DNA of 64,000 bases from Lama glama (taxonomy: Eukaryota). The notes below the pieces were generated by a model. It was not told where the DNA came from, made no database searches, and was given only the letters and a program-made list of their open reading frames with translations. Location: the NCBI GenBank assembly GCA_028534125.1, contig CM052818.1, positions 33,606,001 through 33,670,000 on the forward strand. The letters run 5' to 3'. Below are positions 14,170 to 28,023 of this stretch, one piece after another. Position numbers and translations under genes: made by a program. Within the stretch, counting starts at the first letter, position 1, and each line of letters opens with the position of its first letter.

Positions 14170-14795
14170 CTTTTTAGACACAGTCATTGCATATCTGATC
14201 TTCCTACTTCCAGTCTTACCCCATCCAATCAATTTTCCACACTGTGACCTGAGTGATTTCTTTAGAACACACATTGGATCATGCTTAAAACCCCGTGGTG
14301 ATTCAATCGGGTGCCAAAAGGCCTTTGCTGCTCTGGCCCCACTTTTGTGTCCAGCCACTCCCACTGTCACTGTCCTCTGGCCAGTCATACTGCACTGTCT
14401 GCAGATCCTCAGTATGAACCAGGCCTTCTCCTTCCTTGGGCTTTTGTGCTTATCTGTTTCCTCCGCCTAGAACATTGCTCCTCTTTCCTCTTCTCCTCCT
14501 CTTTCTTCTCCTTCAAGATAACTCCTTCTAATTATTTAGGACTCCGCTTAGGCATGACCTCCCCCGAGGAGCCTTTCCTGACTCCACAAGACTCGGTGCC
14601 CCCAGCCCCCTGACGTTCCCTGCAGAGCATGCAACAGCCTGCTGGCCTCGGGCCTGTTCTTTCTCCACTGTAGACTGTGAGCTGAGTTCTGGAAGGACCA
14701 GGATTGTGGAGGGGTTTTTTTTGCCACTGTACCCTCAATCCCTGGCACATGCCTGATATATAGAGAGGTTCAATAAATATTTATTAAATAAATCA
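14170..14795 (+). mobile_element. L2 LINE 3' region
   Basis: tagactgtgagct...cctggcacat...ttcaataaatatttattaaataaat, an L2 3' end. Confidence 0.75.
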
Positions 14796-14802
14796 ATTTT
14801 AT

Positions 14803-14862
14803 TATTAAGGAATTATATCATTAAAGGAAGGGATTATATCATTAAGAGGAAAGGATTATATC
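14803..14862. repeat. Imperfect ~21-bp tandem repeat (ATTAA-GGAA-GGATTATATC, 3 copies)
   Basis: attaaggaattatatc attaaaggaagggattatatc attaagaggaaaggattatatc. Confidence 0.7.
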
Positions 14863-17669
14863 CTCTTTATGTTACTGGGGAAGAGCAGAAGCCCAAAGAT
14901 GGTAAAGAAACAATTCAGGAATCAGATGGAGGTAAACTCCCTAAATTCTGGCCTCTTAGCCAGGGCTCGGCCCCAGGGTCTCATGGGCCCATAATGAGGT
15001 GTCTAAAACTAACAAAACTGACCACATCCCTCACATGTAAAAAACAGATGATCTCTGGGAATTCTGTAAACAAAACAGTGCAAACACGAGCTTCTTGGAG
15101 ATCTTCTGGGAGTGTCAGTCAGATCTGGGCTTCATGGCCAAAAGCATGTAGAATGGTGGGAGATAAATGTGTCCCTGACACCAGCCCTTCCCTCCTGGGC
15201 TTCTTTCCCCAAACTCTACACTCAGTATGTGCTCAGGTGACTCTGGAAAGGGGTCTGTGCTCCTCTCCACTATGCCCTGCACAGTGAAAGCCAGCTTTCT
15301 GCAGCAGCAGCTCCATCCCGGGACGGGGGAGGACACTGGGGGGAGGGGACAGTGCAGAAGGGCAGGGGGATAACAGATGAGGCTAAATTAATTTTGGAAA
15401 CCATTAAATCTTTGAAAAGAGAGCGTGTTTTCAGCAGGGACAGTGAATCACTGTGATTTGCAGACACAGGCACAAAGCAATTAGCCATCTGGATGCTGTG
15501 GCTTCCAGCCCCCCAACGGAAACTTCAAGTGAGCGGAAGGCTGGTCATTACCCAGCCCAGGCCCAGCTCTCCAGTCCCCACTGATAAGTCTGTGCCTCCA
15601 GCCAACTGGGAGCCCAGCAGCCTAGGACAAAGGGCAACTTGGCGAGAGTCACAGAAATATGGGCAGGAAATGCAACACCAGCACAGGGAGCCAATACTAC
15701 TTCCTTCTTCCTGTGAGCTCCCCTCAAAATCCATCATGACTGAGTGAGCAGTTCACTCACTTGACAAACATTTGTTAATCACCATCTATCTCACAGGTTT
15801 TGTGCTAGGACATAAATTATGTCATTTAATCCTCACGACATGCACATAAGGAGCTCTACCTGTTGCACAATTTCTAGGGGACCCATCACCTGGTATTCTG
15901 TGTGAATAGCACTCCCTGGAGTTCTATATAGCAGAGCAACCTTGCTGGGAGAGATCATTATCTTCTTTTTAATTAAATTTATATAAGCCCAAAAAAACCC
16001 CACAGTTCACCCATTATTAAAAAAATATATTTTTTTTAGTCAATGAAGAAATAAAAGCTACAAAGAGGATATGCACTTGCTCACAGTAAGTGGCAGGACT
16101 GAGAATAGAACTTTCCTAGATGATCCATATTTGCCAACTGCTGCTCTGTCTGGCTCATAAAGTTGTGAGAACCAAATAATACACATGGATGTGAAAGGGT
16201 TTTATAAACTGTAGAGTGCTATATACACAGCTGAGCTATTTTTATAAAGCAGTTACTCTGTTTCCTCTGACACCCTGTGACTCTCAGGTGCTGCTCCTCC
16301 ATTCATTCCTAGGAACTGCTAGGGAGTAGTGGGCAAGCCCTTCTGGGAAGAGTCAGCGAGCCTCTCCGGGAGGAGAATGTACAACTGACCAGAAAGAGCA
16401 CTCTGCTCAAGGAAGCCTGACTGGTCTAGACTGCGCTGTGGTTTGCAGATTAAGGCAGTTCTGGCCCCGCTGCGCCATGGATTTGCACTATGTGTGGCAG
16501 AAAGACCAAGTGGAGCAAGGTGCTGCCTGGGAGCCTGCTTCCACTAAAGGGAGAGAAGCCAGAAAGGGAGACACCACCTAGACTGACCAGCCACTCCTGC
16601 TCTCAGTGCCCCACACCGAGCTGCACTGGTCCTCCCACTGGCCTGAGCTGCGGGGGAACCATTGACCAGCCACTTCCTGCCCCATGCTTGGGGAAAGAGT
16701 CGCCTCTCCAGAACCTCAGCGGAGAGCTGTTTTGCCCAGCTCAGGACTCTGCTGTGGCCTAGGAGGCCCCAGACCTGAACAGCCAGAGGGTTTTCATTTG
16801 CTCTCTGCATCTGCCGTCCATCCAACTGCTGCTGGGAGTACCAGCTCTTTGAGCAGGAAAAAGTTGAGGGGAGCACCGAAAGCATGGACCAGGAAGCAGA
16901 TTACCTGGGTGAGAACCCCAGCCGTCTCTCCCTGGCCAGGACCTTGGGCGAGGCTACTGATCGCTCCCCTTGCTTCCATCATGTATAAAATGGAGTTAAC
17001 GTTCCCAGTCTCATAGGGTGGTGGTGAGGCCTGAGTGAGATCACAGGTGCCCTTGGGGAACAGGTAGGAAACAGAACTAGGGAAGAGAGCTTCAACAATA
17101 AGGTTTCCTGACTTACCATGGCTGCCAAGTGGAATACAGGCTCAGGGTCACCAGATGTTTTTATTAGTCAAGAAAAATCAGAAGTCTGGATTCTTATGTG
17201 AACTTTTCCCATTTGCAACAGCCTGTGAGGACAGAACAGAGCATCACTGCAGGCCTTCAGAGAGTGAACTCCGCCTGTAACCACGTTTCTGCTGGTCTCT
17301 GGGCTCACCTGTGTGCCAGGTGTGATTTTGCTTCCTCCTCTCCCTGCTTACTCCTCTCTGGTTGGCTCCCTAAGGCTCCACCTTTCCCAGGTGATGGCTG
17401 TCGCCACATTGTAAACTGAGTGGGGGCCGGCTCAGCCCTGGCCTGGCGTGAACCCAAGGCCCTGAAGCTGAGGGAGGGCAGGCCCTCCGGAGCTCTGATT
17501 ACAGATGTTCTCCACAGAAGCCGGCTGGGGACAGGACGGCCACCTGGAAGCCCCATGAGCCTCTTCCCCAAGAGAGAGATGAAAAGGTGAGGAACCCGGA
17601 TCTTCAGCCACAAAAATGAATGAATGAATGAAGGAATGCGCCACTGCTACCTCAAGGAGAACTTTGCTT

Positions 17670-18130
17670 GGCAGCTGGCGGGGAGGCGAGCAGGACTGAA
17701 GATTCTGCTCCTATCAATCGTGTTGACAGTTTCTAGAAGGCCTCTTGCAAAGATTGTTGGGGCCTTCGGCGGGGAGTCCTAGAGAAACAAACAGGCTTAG
17801 GGCCAAGCGAAGCCAGACGCGCCCTCCAGCTCCCGATCCCCACCTCGTGCCTCGGATTAGAATCGGGCCGCGGTCTCCTCCCCCAGCGCCTGCCAGAGAA
17901 ACGCCGGGGCTGCCGGAAGCAGGAGCGCGGGCGCGGGGGAGGGCGGGGTGAAGGGGGTGGGCTCTTGCTGCAAAGTCCTTCCCAGAAAGGGGCAGCTCCT
18001 TCCTAGCACTGGGCCTGCCGGTCTCCCCCACCGCCCTTTCCCGGACATCCCGAGTCTCTTTCTGCAGCCTTTCCCAGGCGGGGCTCAGGCTGCTCGAGGC
18101 CTCAGGAGCCCTCAGTAAAGCCACAACGGG
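17670..18130. promoter_or_regulatory. CpG-rich island, promoter-like
   Basis: Dense CpG; GC box GGGCGG at 17941-17946; ETS site CCGGAAG at 17913-17919; not repeat-derived. Confidence 0.6.
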
Positions 18131-18399
18131 AAGCACTTGGCCCCCAGACACAACCTCTGTTCTCTCTTGGTAGTTCTTGGGAAAGGGTGAGGAAGAGGCC
18201 TCCGCAGAGCCTCTGTCTTTCTGGGGGCACTTACCAGGAAATCCTCCAGGTGGGGAGCCTTCCACAGTGGTTCCCCCTCCCTGGTTCCTGCAGCTTCCCC
18301 TAAGCCCCTCCCGGGATGGAAGGGGCCTGGCGTGTGCCTTCCAGTCTGCAGCTGCACTACTTGACCTCAGCGCCCATCAAATGGACGATGGAATAAACC

Positions 18400-19510
18400 T
18401 AAACTGAGGGGTATCTTACAAAGCCACAGAAGGGTAAAGGAGGACTGAGGAACTGGGAGAGACTACAGACAATGAGAACTAAATGCAATGCCTGATCCTG
18501 GATTGCATCTTAGATGGCGGGATGGCCGGGGGAGGGGGGGTGTGAAATCGCTGCTTTTAAGGGCATAATTGGCAAAATTTAAATATGGACTAAGTAATAA
18601 ATAGTACTATTGTATCCATGTTAAATTTCATAAATTTGATCATTGAAATGTAGTTATGAAAAAGAAAGTCCTTTGTTTTCTCTGAAGTATTTGGGGATAA
18701 AGGGGCATGTCTGCAACTTAACTCTCAAATGGTCCAGAAGTAATAATAATAATATGTACATTATTATTCCTCAAACAGTTAAGCATACGGATATCATATG
18801 ACTCAGGAATCCACTCCGAGGTACATGCCCAAGAGAAATGAAAACCTAAGTCCACACAAACCCTTGTACATGAATAGTCATAGCAACATTAGTCATAATA
18901 GCCAAAATGTAGAAGCAAACCCGAAGTCCATCAACTGCTGAATGAATAAATAAAATGTAGCATATATCTATATACTGGAATGCTATTTAGCTATCAAGAG
19001 AACTGAAGTATGATATATGCTACAATGTGGGTGAATCTTGAAAACATTATGCTAAGTTAAAGAAGCGAGTCACAAAAGTGGCCTATATCACTCCATTTAT
19101 AAATGATGTCGAGCTACAGAGCCAGAGAGTGGATTCACGGTTCCTTAGGGCTAGAGGGAGTTGGATTTAGGGGGAGGTATCATAAGTGTATGTGGTTTCT
19201 TTTCTGAGGTGATGAAAATGTTCTAAAATTGACTGTGGTGATAGTTGCATGTATCTGTGAATACACTAAAAGTCATTGAATTGTACACCTTAAATGGGTG
19301 AATTTTATGGGATGTGAATAATACTTCAATAAAGCTCTTATAACAATAATGTGTATATGTGGAGAGAGACAGAGAGAGAGAGTGAGCCATAAAGCAAATG
19401 TGGAAAAACATTAATGACTTAAATCCTGAAGAAGGATATTTAGAAGGTCATTGTACTATTCTCACAGCTGTTCTGAGTTTGATATTATTTCAAAATAAAA
19501 GGTTGATTTT
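18400..19510 (+). mobile_element. L1MC 3' region with nested L1MB fragment (about 18770-19340)
   Basis: L1MC motifs (aactaaatgcaatgcctgatcctggattg; tattatttcaaaataaaa) interrupted by L1MB 3' sequence (ggtgatgaaaatgttctaaaattgactgtggtgat). Confidence 0.75.
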
Positions 19511-19549
19511 TTTTTAAAAGAGATTTTCCGTTTACCTATCTTACCCCTA

Positions 19550-19800
19550 GAGGGTAGTTGCAGAGAGGCTGTAGTTCAAGCTCTGGAGTTTGAAAGCTGG
19601 ACTCCAAGCTCAACCCCACTATTTACTGTGTTGCCTTGAGTGAGTTACTTGACCTCTTGGGACCTCAGTTTTCCCATCTGTAAAATGGTAATGATGCCAC
19701 TATTACTAACCAAGGAGAATTGTTGTGAGAATTAGAGATAGTACACAAAAGCTCTTAATTTTTTACGTGGTAAGTCCTAAAAAATATTAGCATTATTACT
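19550..19800 (+). mobile_element. MIR SINE
   Basis: gttacttgacctcttgggacctcagttttcccatctgtaaaatgg core. Confidence 0.8.
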
Positions 19801-20519
19801 CGTTCCAAAATAATTTAAAAATAACATAGTTTTCCTTTGGTAGTACAGAAGTAATACATGTTAATTATGGAAGTTTTGGAAAATGTACACATACAAAGAA
19901 ATAAAAATCATCTGTAAAGTCCAAATTCTGTGAAAAATCACTTAACATTTTTGGGATATAGTCAGGTTGTGGTGTATTTACAGCACACGTAATACAATAT
20001 TGAGCATATTGTACATAGTGTTTTGTATCATGCTTTGTCCACTGCACCTAACAGGCATCTGCTGAATATTTACCACATATCAAATACTGGGTTTGGTGTT
20101 GAGGATTCTGAAATGAGTAAGACAGACATCAGCCCTTTGGGGCAACATCTAGAAGTGAGAGAGAGTTATTAGCCAATAATTAGAGGACAATTTGATGCGA
20201 GCCACATTGGAAAAAAAAAAAAAAGAAAAGGGCCTGTCTGACTCAAGGTGCAGATGTTGGAAAGGGTTTTCAGAGGTTCTCAGTGGATAGACATTTCAGA
20301 CAGGGAAATGGGGAAGTGCTGTCTGGGCAGAGGAAACAGTATGTGCAGACCAGCTGGGGCAGATTCATGGACAGTTTTGGTAATGGACCATGGTAGGAGG
20401 CAGGGAGGGATAGCAGTGTGGCTGGAGCCAGATCATAAGGGGTCTTGAATGTCATGCCAGTATTTCTGGACTATGGCACAGCTGTCAAGGGACCTCTAAC
20501 CTTCTAATTCTCCCTCATA

Positions 20520-20765
20520 TCAGTATTTAGAGTCCCTACCTCTGAGGCAGATAGGCTGAGTTCAAATCCTGGCTGTGTAGCTTAGAGCTGTGTGACCTTG
20601 GGCAAGTTACTTAACCCCTCTGAACTTTGATTTCTCACATAGACAATGGAAAAAAATTATAGACCCAAGTTCACTGGATTGTTGTGAAGATTAAATAAAT
20701 TTACAGTACCTGTAACATGCTTAGAGCAATGTCTGGCACAGAGTAAGTACTAAGTATTTGTTACT
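20520..20765 (+). mobile_element. MIR SINE
   Basis: gagttcaaatcctggct...gctgtgtgaccttgggcaagttacttaacc...tctggcacagagtaag. Confidence 0.85.
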
Positions 20766-23700
20766 AGTTTTCACCTATCTTCACCTCACTCCTCTCTTCT
20801 AGCAGCTGAATCTTCAGTAAATGAACTCCAAAAGATGTAATAAAAACATCAGGTGAGATGCCTAGGGCCCGAGGGATCACAGGAGTGGGCCATCTGCCAG
20901 AGCTGGAGCCCCTTCCAGCTAAGCCCTGGGAGTGAGGGGAGGTCAAACAAAGGAGCCTCCTTACTTCTGGGAGCCCTCACTAACATTTGATTCCCCTCTA
21001 TCAGAAAGTCGTCCCCTGGGGCTGGGACTGGCCCACACAGCTGCCTCCTCCCTGGCAGGGAAAGCTGTGATGGGAACACTTTTCTCTAGGGAGGAAATGG
21101 GCAGGGAATGACATATGTGTCCCCACCAGTATGCAAATCATCTTGTGAGACAAATGATTTTGCAGAAAAACACATCCTGTTCCCTCCAGAACATTTCCCT
21201 TGACGTCTGGGGGGAACCAGTTGGGGTGGTCAGGGTCAGAGCAACTGTTCAGGGAGCACCACCAGCCCACATTCCCCAGGACCAGACGGCTGGTGAGGAA
21301 GACATCCTGGAGGCTGGGCACCACTGGGCTTAGCAGCTGAAAAGGGAACTGGCCTAGGTCCCCTTTTCAGCTAGGTTCTCCCAGCCAACAGGGAAGAGAG
21401 AGCAGGCCTGGTGGAGCAGTGTCTGAGGAGCCAGTAATCCTGGTTTCTAGGGCTGGCTCAGTCTCTAACCCTCTTTGTGACCTCAGACAAGTCATTTCCC
21501 TCTCTAGGTCTCAGTTTCCAGATCTATAAAATGAGACAGTTAAATTAGATCAAGCATTTGCAATTTAGGGAACATAGTCCTTTAAATTGTAAATAGGCTT
21601 CAGGAGGTTGGTGCTGCCCTCAATTGTCTGCAAATTTCTATACACATGTATATTTTTCTGGGGAATCATGCAAAGCTGTCATCAGTTCACAGAGGGGTCT
21701 GTCATCCAGACAAAAATTTCAGTGATCTCTGTGGTCCCTCAAACTGACTGCTGGGTAGATGGAAGCTTCTTGAGGACAAAGATGTGTCTTATAACAACAG
21801 CTTAATATAGGATCTCATACAGGATAAGTACTTTGAATGAATGAAAGACATTCATCAAATGCTGGATAATGGTCACAGCAGAGGATGGAGGTGTTCGTTG
21901 GTGCAGAACCTCAGCTGTGGGAGTCAAGGTGGCCAGTGATCAGAGGGCTGGGGAGGGGACAGGGTGGTGGGAAGTGAAAGAAAGGTGTCTGAAAACGCAT
22001 CCTGGAGTCTGCACAGTTCGTGAGCTATCTGGCTTGGTTTCTCTTCTCCACTAAATAATGCACAACTTGAATTCCCCTGGGTTCCTTACAGAAGACTCAG
22101 CCAAGCCAGATTCAGCCCAGCGTTCAGCAACTAAATCCATTTGGTTGCAAAAGCTGAAATTATCAAGTTTCTTCAACCAGAAAATCCATCAAACCTGAAG
22201 GGTGTAGACTCACTGCTTGGTCTCCAGGGTCACAGAGCATGTGCAGGAGTGAGAATAAAAGCAGGGGCCAATCCACCTCCTCATCCAGGACACCTCCAGC
22301 CCTGACCACCTTGGCACCATCCCTCATGGCCCTGGCCCCACCTGGACTTTTGGAAGGAAGATGCTCCCTTCACCCTACAGCATCCTTCCACTTCCTCTCT
22401 CCCCTCACACCTTCTCCTTTGCCTACAAATACACAGTGGTTTCTACACTGGCCTCCCCTGGCCTTAATTAAAATGCCTTCACAAGTTTTTTATGATCAGG
22501 AAAAATGCTTGGGATTTGGTGCTAGGTGACAAAAAAAGGGGGGGGATACAAAATTGTGTATTTACAGTAAAGCTTCAACCCCCAAATATAAACTATATAA
22601 AAATATGTATGTTATATACATTACAATATTATACTATTTGTGTATTCTATACTGATGTTTGTATAACATTATAATACTTTAATGCTCTGTCTTAAAATCA
22701 TACTATTTCTCCCCTAGTTCTCCACTCAGCAAGTATTCTCAAGTGAGAGGCATTCTGGGAGCTCAAAAGCAGAGGAGGCACAGAGACTGGGGGTGTCTTC
22801 ATGTGAGGGGAGACCATGGAGAGGATAAGTGTGTGGTCTGAGACACAGAGGTTCTGGGCAGCCACGCTCTGGACCTGGCTAAAGGAAGCTCATCCTGCCA
22901 TCACGCCCTCAGGAGGCCAGGCCTGGGAAGAAAGGTTCCAGCTGGCTGAGCCCTTCCAGGCAGGACCTCAGCTCATCCACAGTAGAGAGGTGGGAGGGAG
23001 AAGGGCACAGGACTCAGTAGGACCCAGTTCTCTTGCAGAGGGGATGACAGGGACTGAGATCAGACCTGGGGCTCGGGATTGAGACTTCCGTGCTCATAGA
23101 CCTGGGGCAGAATGCTGTTCCCCCAAGCGGAGGCCAGCCAGCACCTAGAAGAGGGGTGGGAGGGAGGAAAAGGTCTACCCAGTTTTCCCTGGGCTCACCT
23201 CGCAGGCTAGATACAGCTAGGAATGTTCCCAAGGGAGAACTGGACACCACTTCCCTTTTTCTCCTCTGCACTTGTTTTCTGGAACCATTCTGTTTCCAGA
23301 GCATCATGGCTCCAATAGCACAAGTGGAATGTTAACACTGCCAGGGGCCCCCTTCCCGGAATCCTCTGCACTCTTGGTTTTCCTGACCTCCAGCTGCCAA
23401 TCATTCTTCCCCTGGACCAATCCTTTTCCACTGTGCCCTTCACAAATCCCTCCTTCCCCACTGAGGGTACCCCCTAAGGTTCAGTCCTTGGGACTCTGCT
23501 TTTCTCTCTCCATGGGGGGGGCTCCCTCAGAAAACCGGGCTTCTCAGGGTTGTGGTTGACGCCTCCATGTTTACAGCATAATGGAAATAGCAGAGGGGCA
23601 TGTTCACTGGGTCACAGAGAGATTGCTTATGATATCCTCCTCACTTTGCAGAGGATGGAAGGATTCTCCCCCAAGGGTTAGGTGAGTTATGTGACTCCCC

Positions 23701-24294
23701 CAAGGGTCACTCACCCTGGGTGACCTGGCCCTTTTTGCCACCTTCTCTTCCCTTGTGGCCCCATCTCCCACAGCTGATCTGCGAGGCTATTACACTGGCT
23801 AAGGGAGCATTTGCAAACTCTCAGTAGCCTGCAAAGGAAGCACCGCTAAATCATGAGAGGGTATGAGTGACTGGGTTGAAGATACTCCCCCTGGCCAACC
23901 CCACACCTGTCCAGGTCATTGTCAAACACTGTCCCAGGATCTGTCATGGCGACTTCCTGGCCTAGGGAGGAGTCCCGCACTGGTGATTTGTCTTCCTCTC
24001 CCTTTCTCCCTCTGTGCTTGTGGATAGCATTGGGAGGAGTGGCCTTTGCAGCTGTCCATCTGTAGATTACTATTAAAATAATCACAGACTATGATAGTGG
24101 TGTCCCCATTCAACCACTATCTATTATACCTAGCAGCTACCACATACCCAGAACTTTCATGGGTTCTGGGGATATAGCAGTGAGCAAAACAAATCCTCGT
24201 CCTATATTGTAATAGAAAGACACTGAACAAAGTATTTCAGCCTTGAATGACACCTACACAAACCCACAAAGATAATGCTGGCTCCAAAGCTTTC

Positions 24295-25485
24295 ACTGTG
24301 GAGGTTTATTATTTTGTCTGCCTACAGCAGCACCTCCCTTCTTTGGGGGAACTGCTCTTTCACCACTCCAACATCTAACTATGCAAGGAGCTGCTAATCA
24401 AGTGTACTGCTCCACTGTCCACAGGGGTGAGTGTGTAACCCGGCTGGGGCCAGTCAGAGAACCCTAGGAGTCCCTTGGCCACAGTGATTAGCCTAGGAAT
24501 GACCCAACTCTAACCAATCAGAATGCCTCCATAGCTTTAGCTTTTTCAGTTTTAAAAATTAAGTATAAATACACAAATTATACATGAGTATGTTATCATT
24601 GAAAATAGTCAAAGCTGACAGTCTCCTACAATCCCCATCCCTAATTTTAGTCCCTCACCAGACCTTTTTCTATGCATTTGGATGCATTTAGAAATATGTT
24701 ATAAACATATACATAGATATATCTATTATTACTTCAAAGTTTTGTTTTTGTTTATGCTTGGGTGATACCATAGTGTATGTATCATTCTGCAAATCACTTC
24801 AGTCATTCACCAAAATACCTCAGGAGTTGATGTCAATACATATTACATTCTTTTTAACAGTTTCCATATTTCCAGAATATAAAATATACCATGGTTTAAA
24901 GATGGACATTTAAGTTATTTCTAATTTGGGGCCACAGATAACACTTCAAATAATATCCTTCCCGGTATTTCCTTATGCACATGTGTGAGAGTTACTGGTC
25001 TGGATTTTGAGAAGTGGCATCACCGGAACAATAGGATCCACATTTAAAATCATAATAAATAGCGCCAGCTGTCCGCCCAAAGTGGCTAGGACAATTCACA
25101 CCCCCTCCAGCAGGGTAGCAGAGCATTAATGTCCTCACTTTCCTGTTCCTTCACCGATAGCTGAGAGTATCAGAGTTTAACACTTTCCAAATCTGATGAT
25201 TGAAAACTGGAATGCTGCTGTTGGCCGAGATGTCTTAGGGATTTATGTCAGTACTGGAGCTGGTGGGAGGAGCCCTCTCCTCTCTGGCCCAGCCCTGAGA
25301 GCTGCAGAGGAACCAACACCCATGAGGGGAGGGTGAGTCCTGAGGGTGTCCACGAACCCAGTTTTTCCCTCTCTGTTGTCTCCACAGTCAGCTTATGTGA
25401 GCCAACTCCATCTCCTTTGGGGCCCAAGCTAATTACAGCTGTGATTCAATTACTTTCAGCCAAAAGATCCAACTCCTAATTACAA
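24295..25485 (+). mobile_element. LTR16-like (ERVL) solo LTR split by an antisense L1ME fragment (about 24540-25230)
   Basis: Left half ttggccacagtgattagcctaggaatgacccaa...ccaatcagaat; right half ends tactttcagccaaaagatcc...taattaca; the middle is T-rich L1-like sequence. Confidence 0.6.
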
Positions 25486-28023
25486 TGTGTAAGTGATCAG
25501 TGTATGTCATCCTTGTCACTGAGCTCACAAAGTTTACACTGATTCTCTAGTCTCATTGTTCCTTTTTTTCTTTCCTTCCCTTTTCTATTCCTTTCCTTTC
25601 CCTTCTTTTCTTTTCCCTCTGCTTGCTTTCCTCTTCCCTCTGCTTGCTTTCCTCATTCACACCTATCTTGTCCCAGGCACCAGTTTCAAGTGTCCAAGTC
25701 ACACAGGAGGTCCTTTTCAGGGAGGGTGGGGGCAGAGCAGCAAAGCCCCTCAGAACAGTGGATGAAAAGACTATTTGCCTGGCTCCTGGTTGGGATCTTC
25801 GCAGAGTGAACACAGACCTTCTTAGAACCCAGTTTCTCTCCCTTGGCCTTGTCAGAGATGGCCAAGGTCAATGTTGACAGAAGGGTCAACATCTGTTTTA
25901 AGGGAGAAAGTGTAAAAAAAAAAAAGTAAAAGAAAGAAAAGGAAGAGAAAGAGCAAGAATGAAAGACACAGGGGGAAAAACCACCCTCCCTTTTTGTTTT
26001 GATTATCATACTCTCCAACACTGAGTGAAAACTCATTTTGTTAAAAATCTGCATAGCAGTTGCACTAGAGACAGACACAACATAAACACATAAACACAGG
26101 CTGTCAATGTTCTTTTGATGGTAGTATGTGTTTATTGTTTAATTTTATTAACAAAAGAATGAGAACAAGGTTCTAAATTAACTCCAAATTCAAAGTATAG
26201 GGGAGCAGCTCAACTTTTCCTCCCATAAACACACTGGGCTTGGTCTTCCACTGGCTGATCTAACACTGAGAGCAAGTCGCTGTCAAGTGTGTCTCTGGTT
26301 GACCTGACCCACGGTGCTGGAGGGTTCTGAGAACAATTCTTTTCAGATACGAGGCCATTTCACCCAGGAATAATTCTGAGAAATAGAAGTGGGATTAGGG
26401 ACAACATCCCCAAGGCAGAAAGTAGGGGCCTTACAGAAAGAGACTGTGTCCTTCAAGGCTAAACAGTGACAGGAGAATGACCCAAAAGCCTTCCCTCCCA
26501 AGATTGGATGTTTGGGAGAAAGCCGCAAGAGAAAAGCTGGCTAGGTTGGGAGGCAGGGGTGGGAATCAGGGGGGAGGGAGGGATGTGCATCCCCAACCCA
26601 GAATGGCTGAAGAGCCAAAGGGAGACTTGGGAGAAGGGTCATGTACACTGAGGATTGATGCACAGAGTGAGAGGCTGTGAGAGGAGTGATGGCCTCTCAT
26701 CGTGGCCTCATAAATCTTCAGTAAAATGACCCTCCCCCCACATACACACCCTACCCCCACCCCATGTTTGGTGGGAAAGGATATTTTTCTAGAAGCTGAT
26801 AAAGGGGCTGAATTTAACACTCCATTTGTGGAGTCAAGACAGTCAGCTCACAAGCAAGAGAAGAAAATCTGTGAGGCATCTCTGTAAGCGTATTTGTTCT
26901 ATCCTGCCGTATCCCCAGTGTCTAGAATGGTGACTGGCATGTAGTGGACGCTCAGAAAATACCTGTGGAATAAACATACACAACTCTTCACATATGCAGT
27001 TTTGGCCACACACATCACTGTGTCTTCCCCCTTCAAAGCCTGGTTCAACAGTCACCGAGACTCTGCTGTGACTGACCCAGATCCTCACTCAGCACACAGT
27101 ACCCTGTCCTGCTGCCCCAGGAAGGTCCTCACCACGATCTCTGCCACCCACTCCAGGTCTGGGGAGGGTAGAGATAAGATGCATCCTGAGGAAGCTCTCC
27201 AAGGTCCGCCAGTGAGAGCTGCCAGCTGTCTGTCTTGCCTTTGGCCTGGGCAGGGCAGTAGACTCGTCCACCAGGTTCTCAAAGCAAGGCCTCAGGTCTG
27301 CCCCCTACCGTGGGAACAGAGAAACTTCTCCCAGAGTGTCAACTCCCATTACCACTTGGCTCCATGCAAGGGTGAAGTTGCCATTCACACGTGATAGGAT
27401 GTCACTCTGGGCAAAGACTGAACCTCTCTCAGCCCCGGTTCATTCATCCGTAACAGAGGAGACGGCTGAAATACCCTCCTTGTCCACCTGACAGGAGACG
27501 GTGAGGGTCAAATGAGTTCAGACATGCAAAAACACCTTGAACTCTGTAAAGCCCAGGCCAGGGCTAACATAGGCCTCTGAACAAACACACACTCCACCAC
27601 GCTAAGCCCAAAGCAGAGCTTACAATTTCCCTTTTCCTCCAGTCCTCAGTCTGGGTCCCACAGTGCAAGCTGCCAGCTGGCTGAGGGCTGCTACCAGGCC
27701 TGGCAAGATGCTGCCGGCCAGAGCAGAGCAGAGAGCCCTGATCCCCTCCCTTGTTAGGCCTCACGATCAGAGGCAGAGGGCTGCCCACCCAAGCAGGGAA
27801 CCACTGGCACGTGGAAGGCCACAGTAGCCTGGGTTAAATGCCTGCTGGGCTGAGCCAGAAGCTAGAAGGCCATCAGGGATGGGGTATGTCTCCCCAGCTG
27901 ACCCTGAGCCCCGCATACAGCCCCAGGGCAGGCTGAGGGATGCACAGGCTGGGTCTTACCATTGCCTCAGATGAAGGAAAATCCCCAAAGCCCTGGCATG
28001 CAGGGGCAGTAAGGTACTCCTAT

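Noticed and set aside
17714..18265. 183-aa minus-strand ORF
   Set aside because: Explained by stop-codon scarcity in a GC-rich island; no homology recognised.
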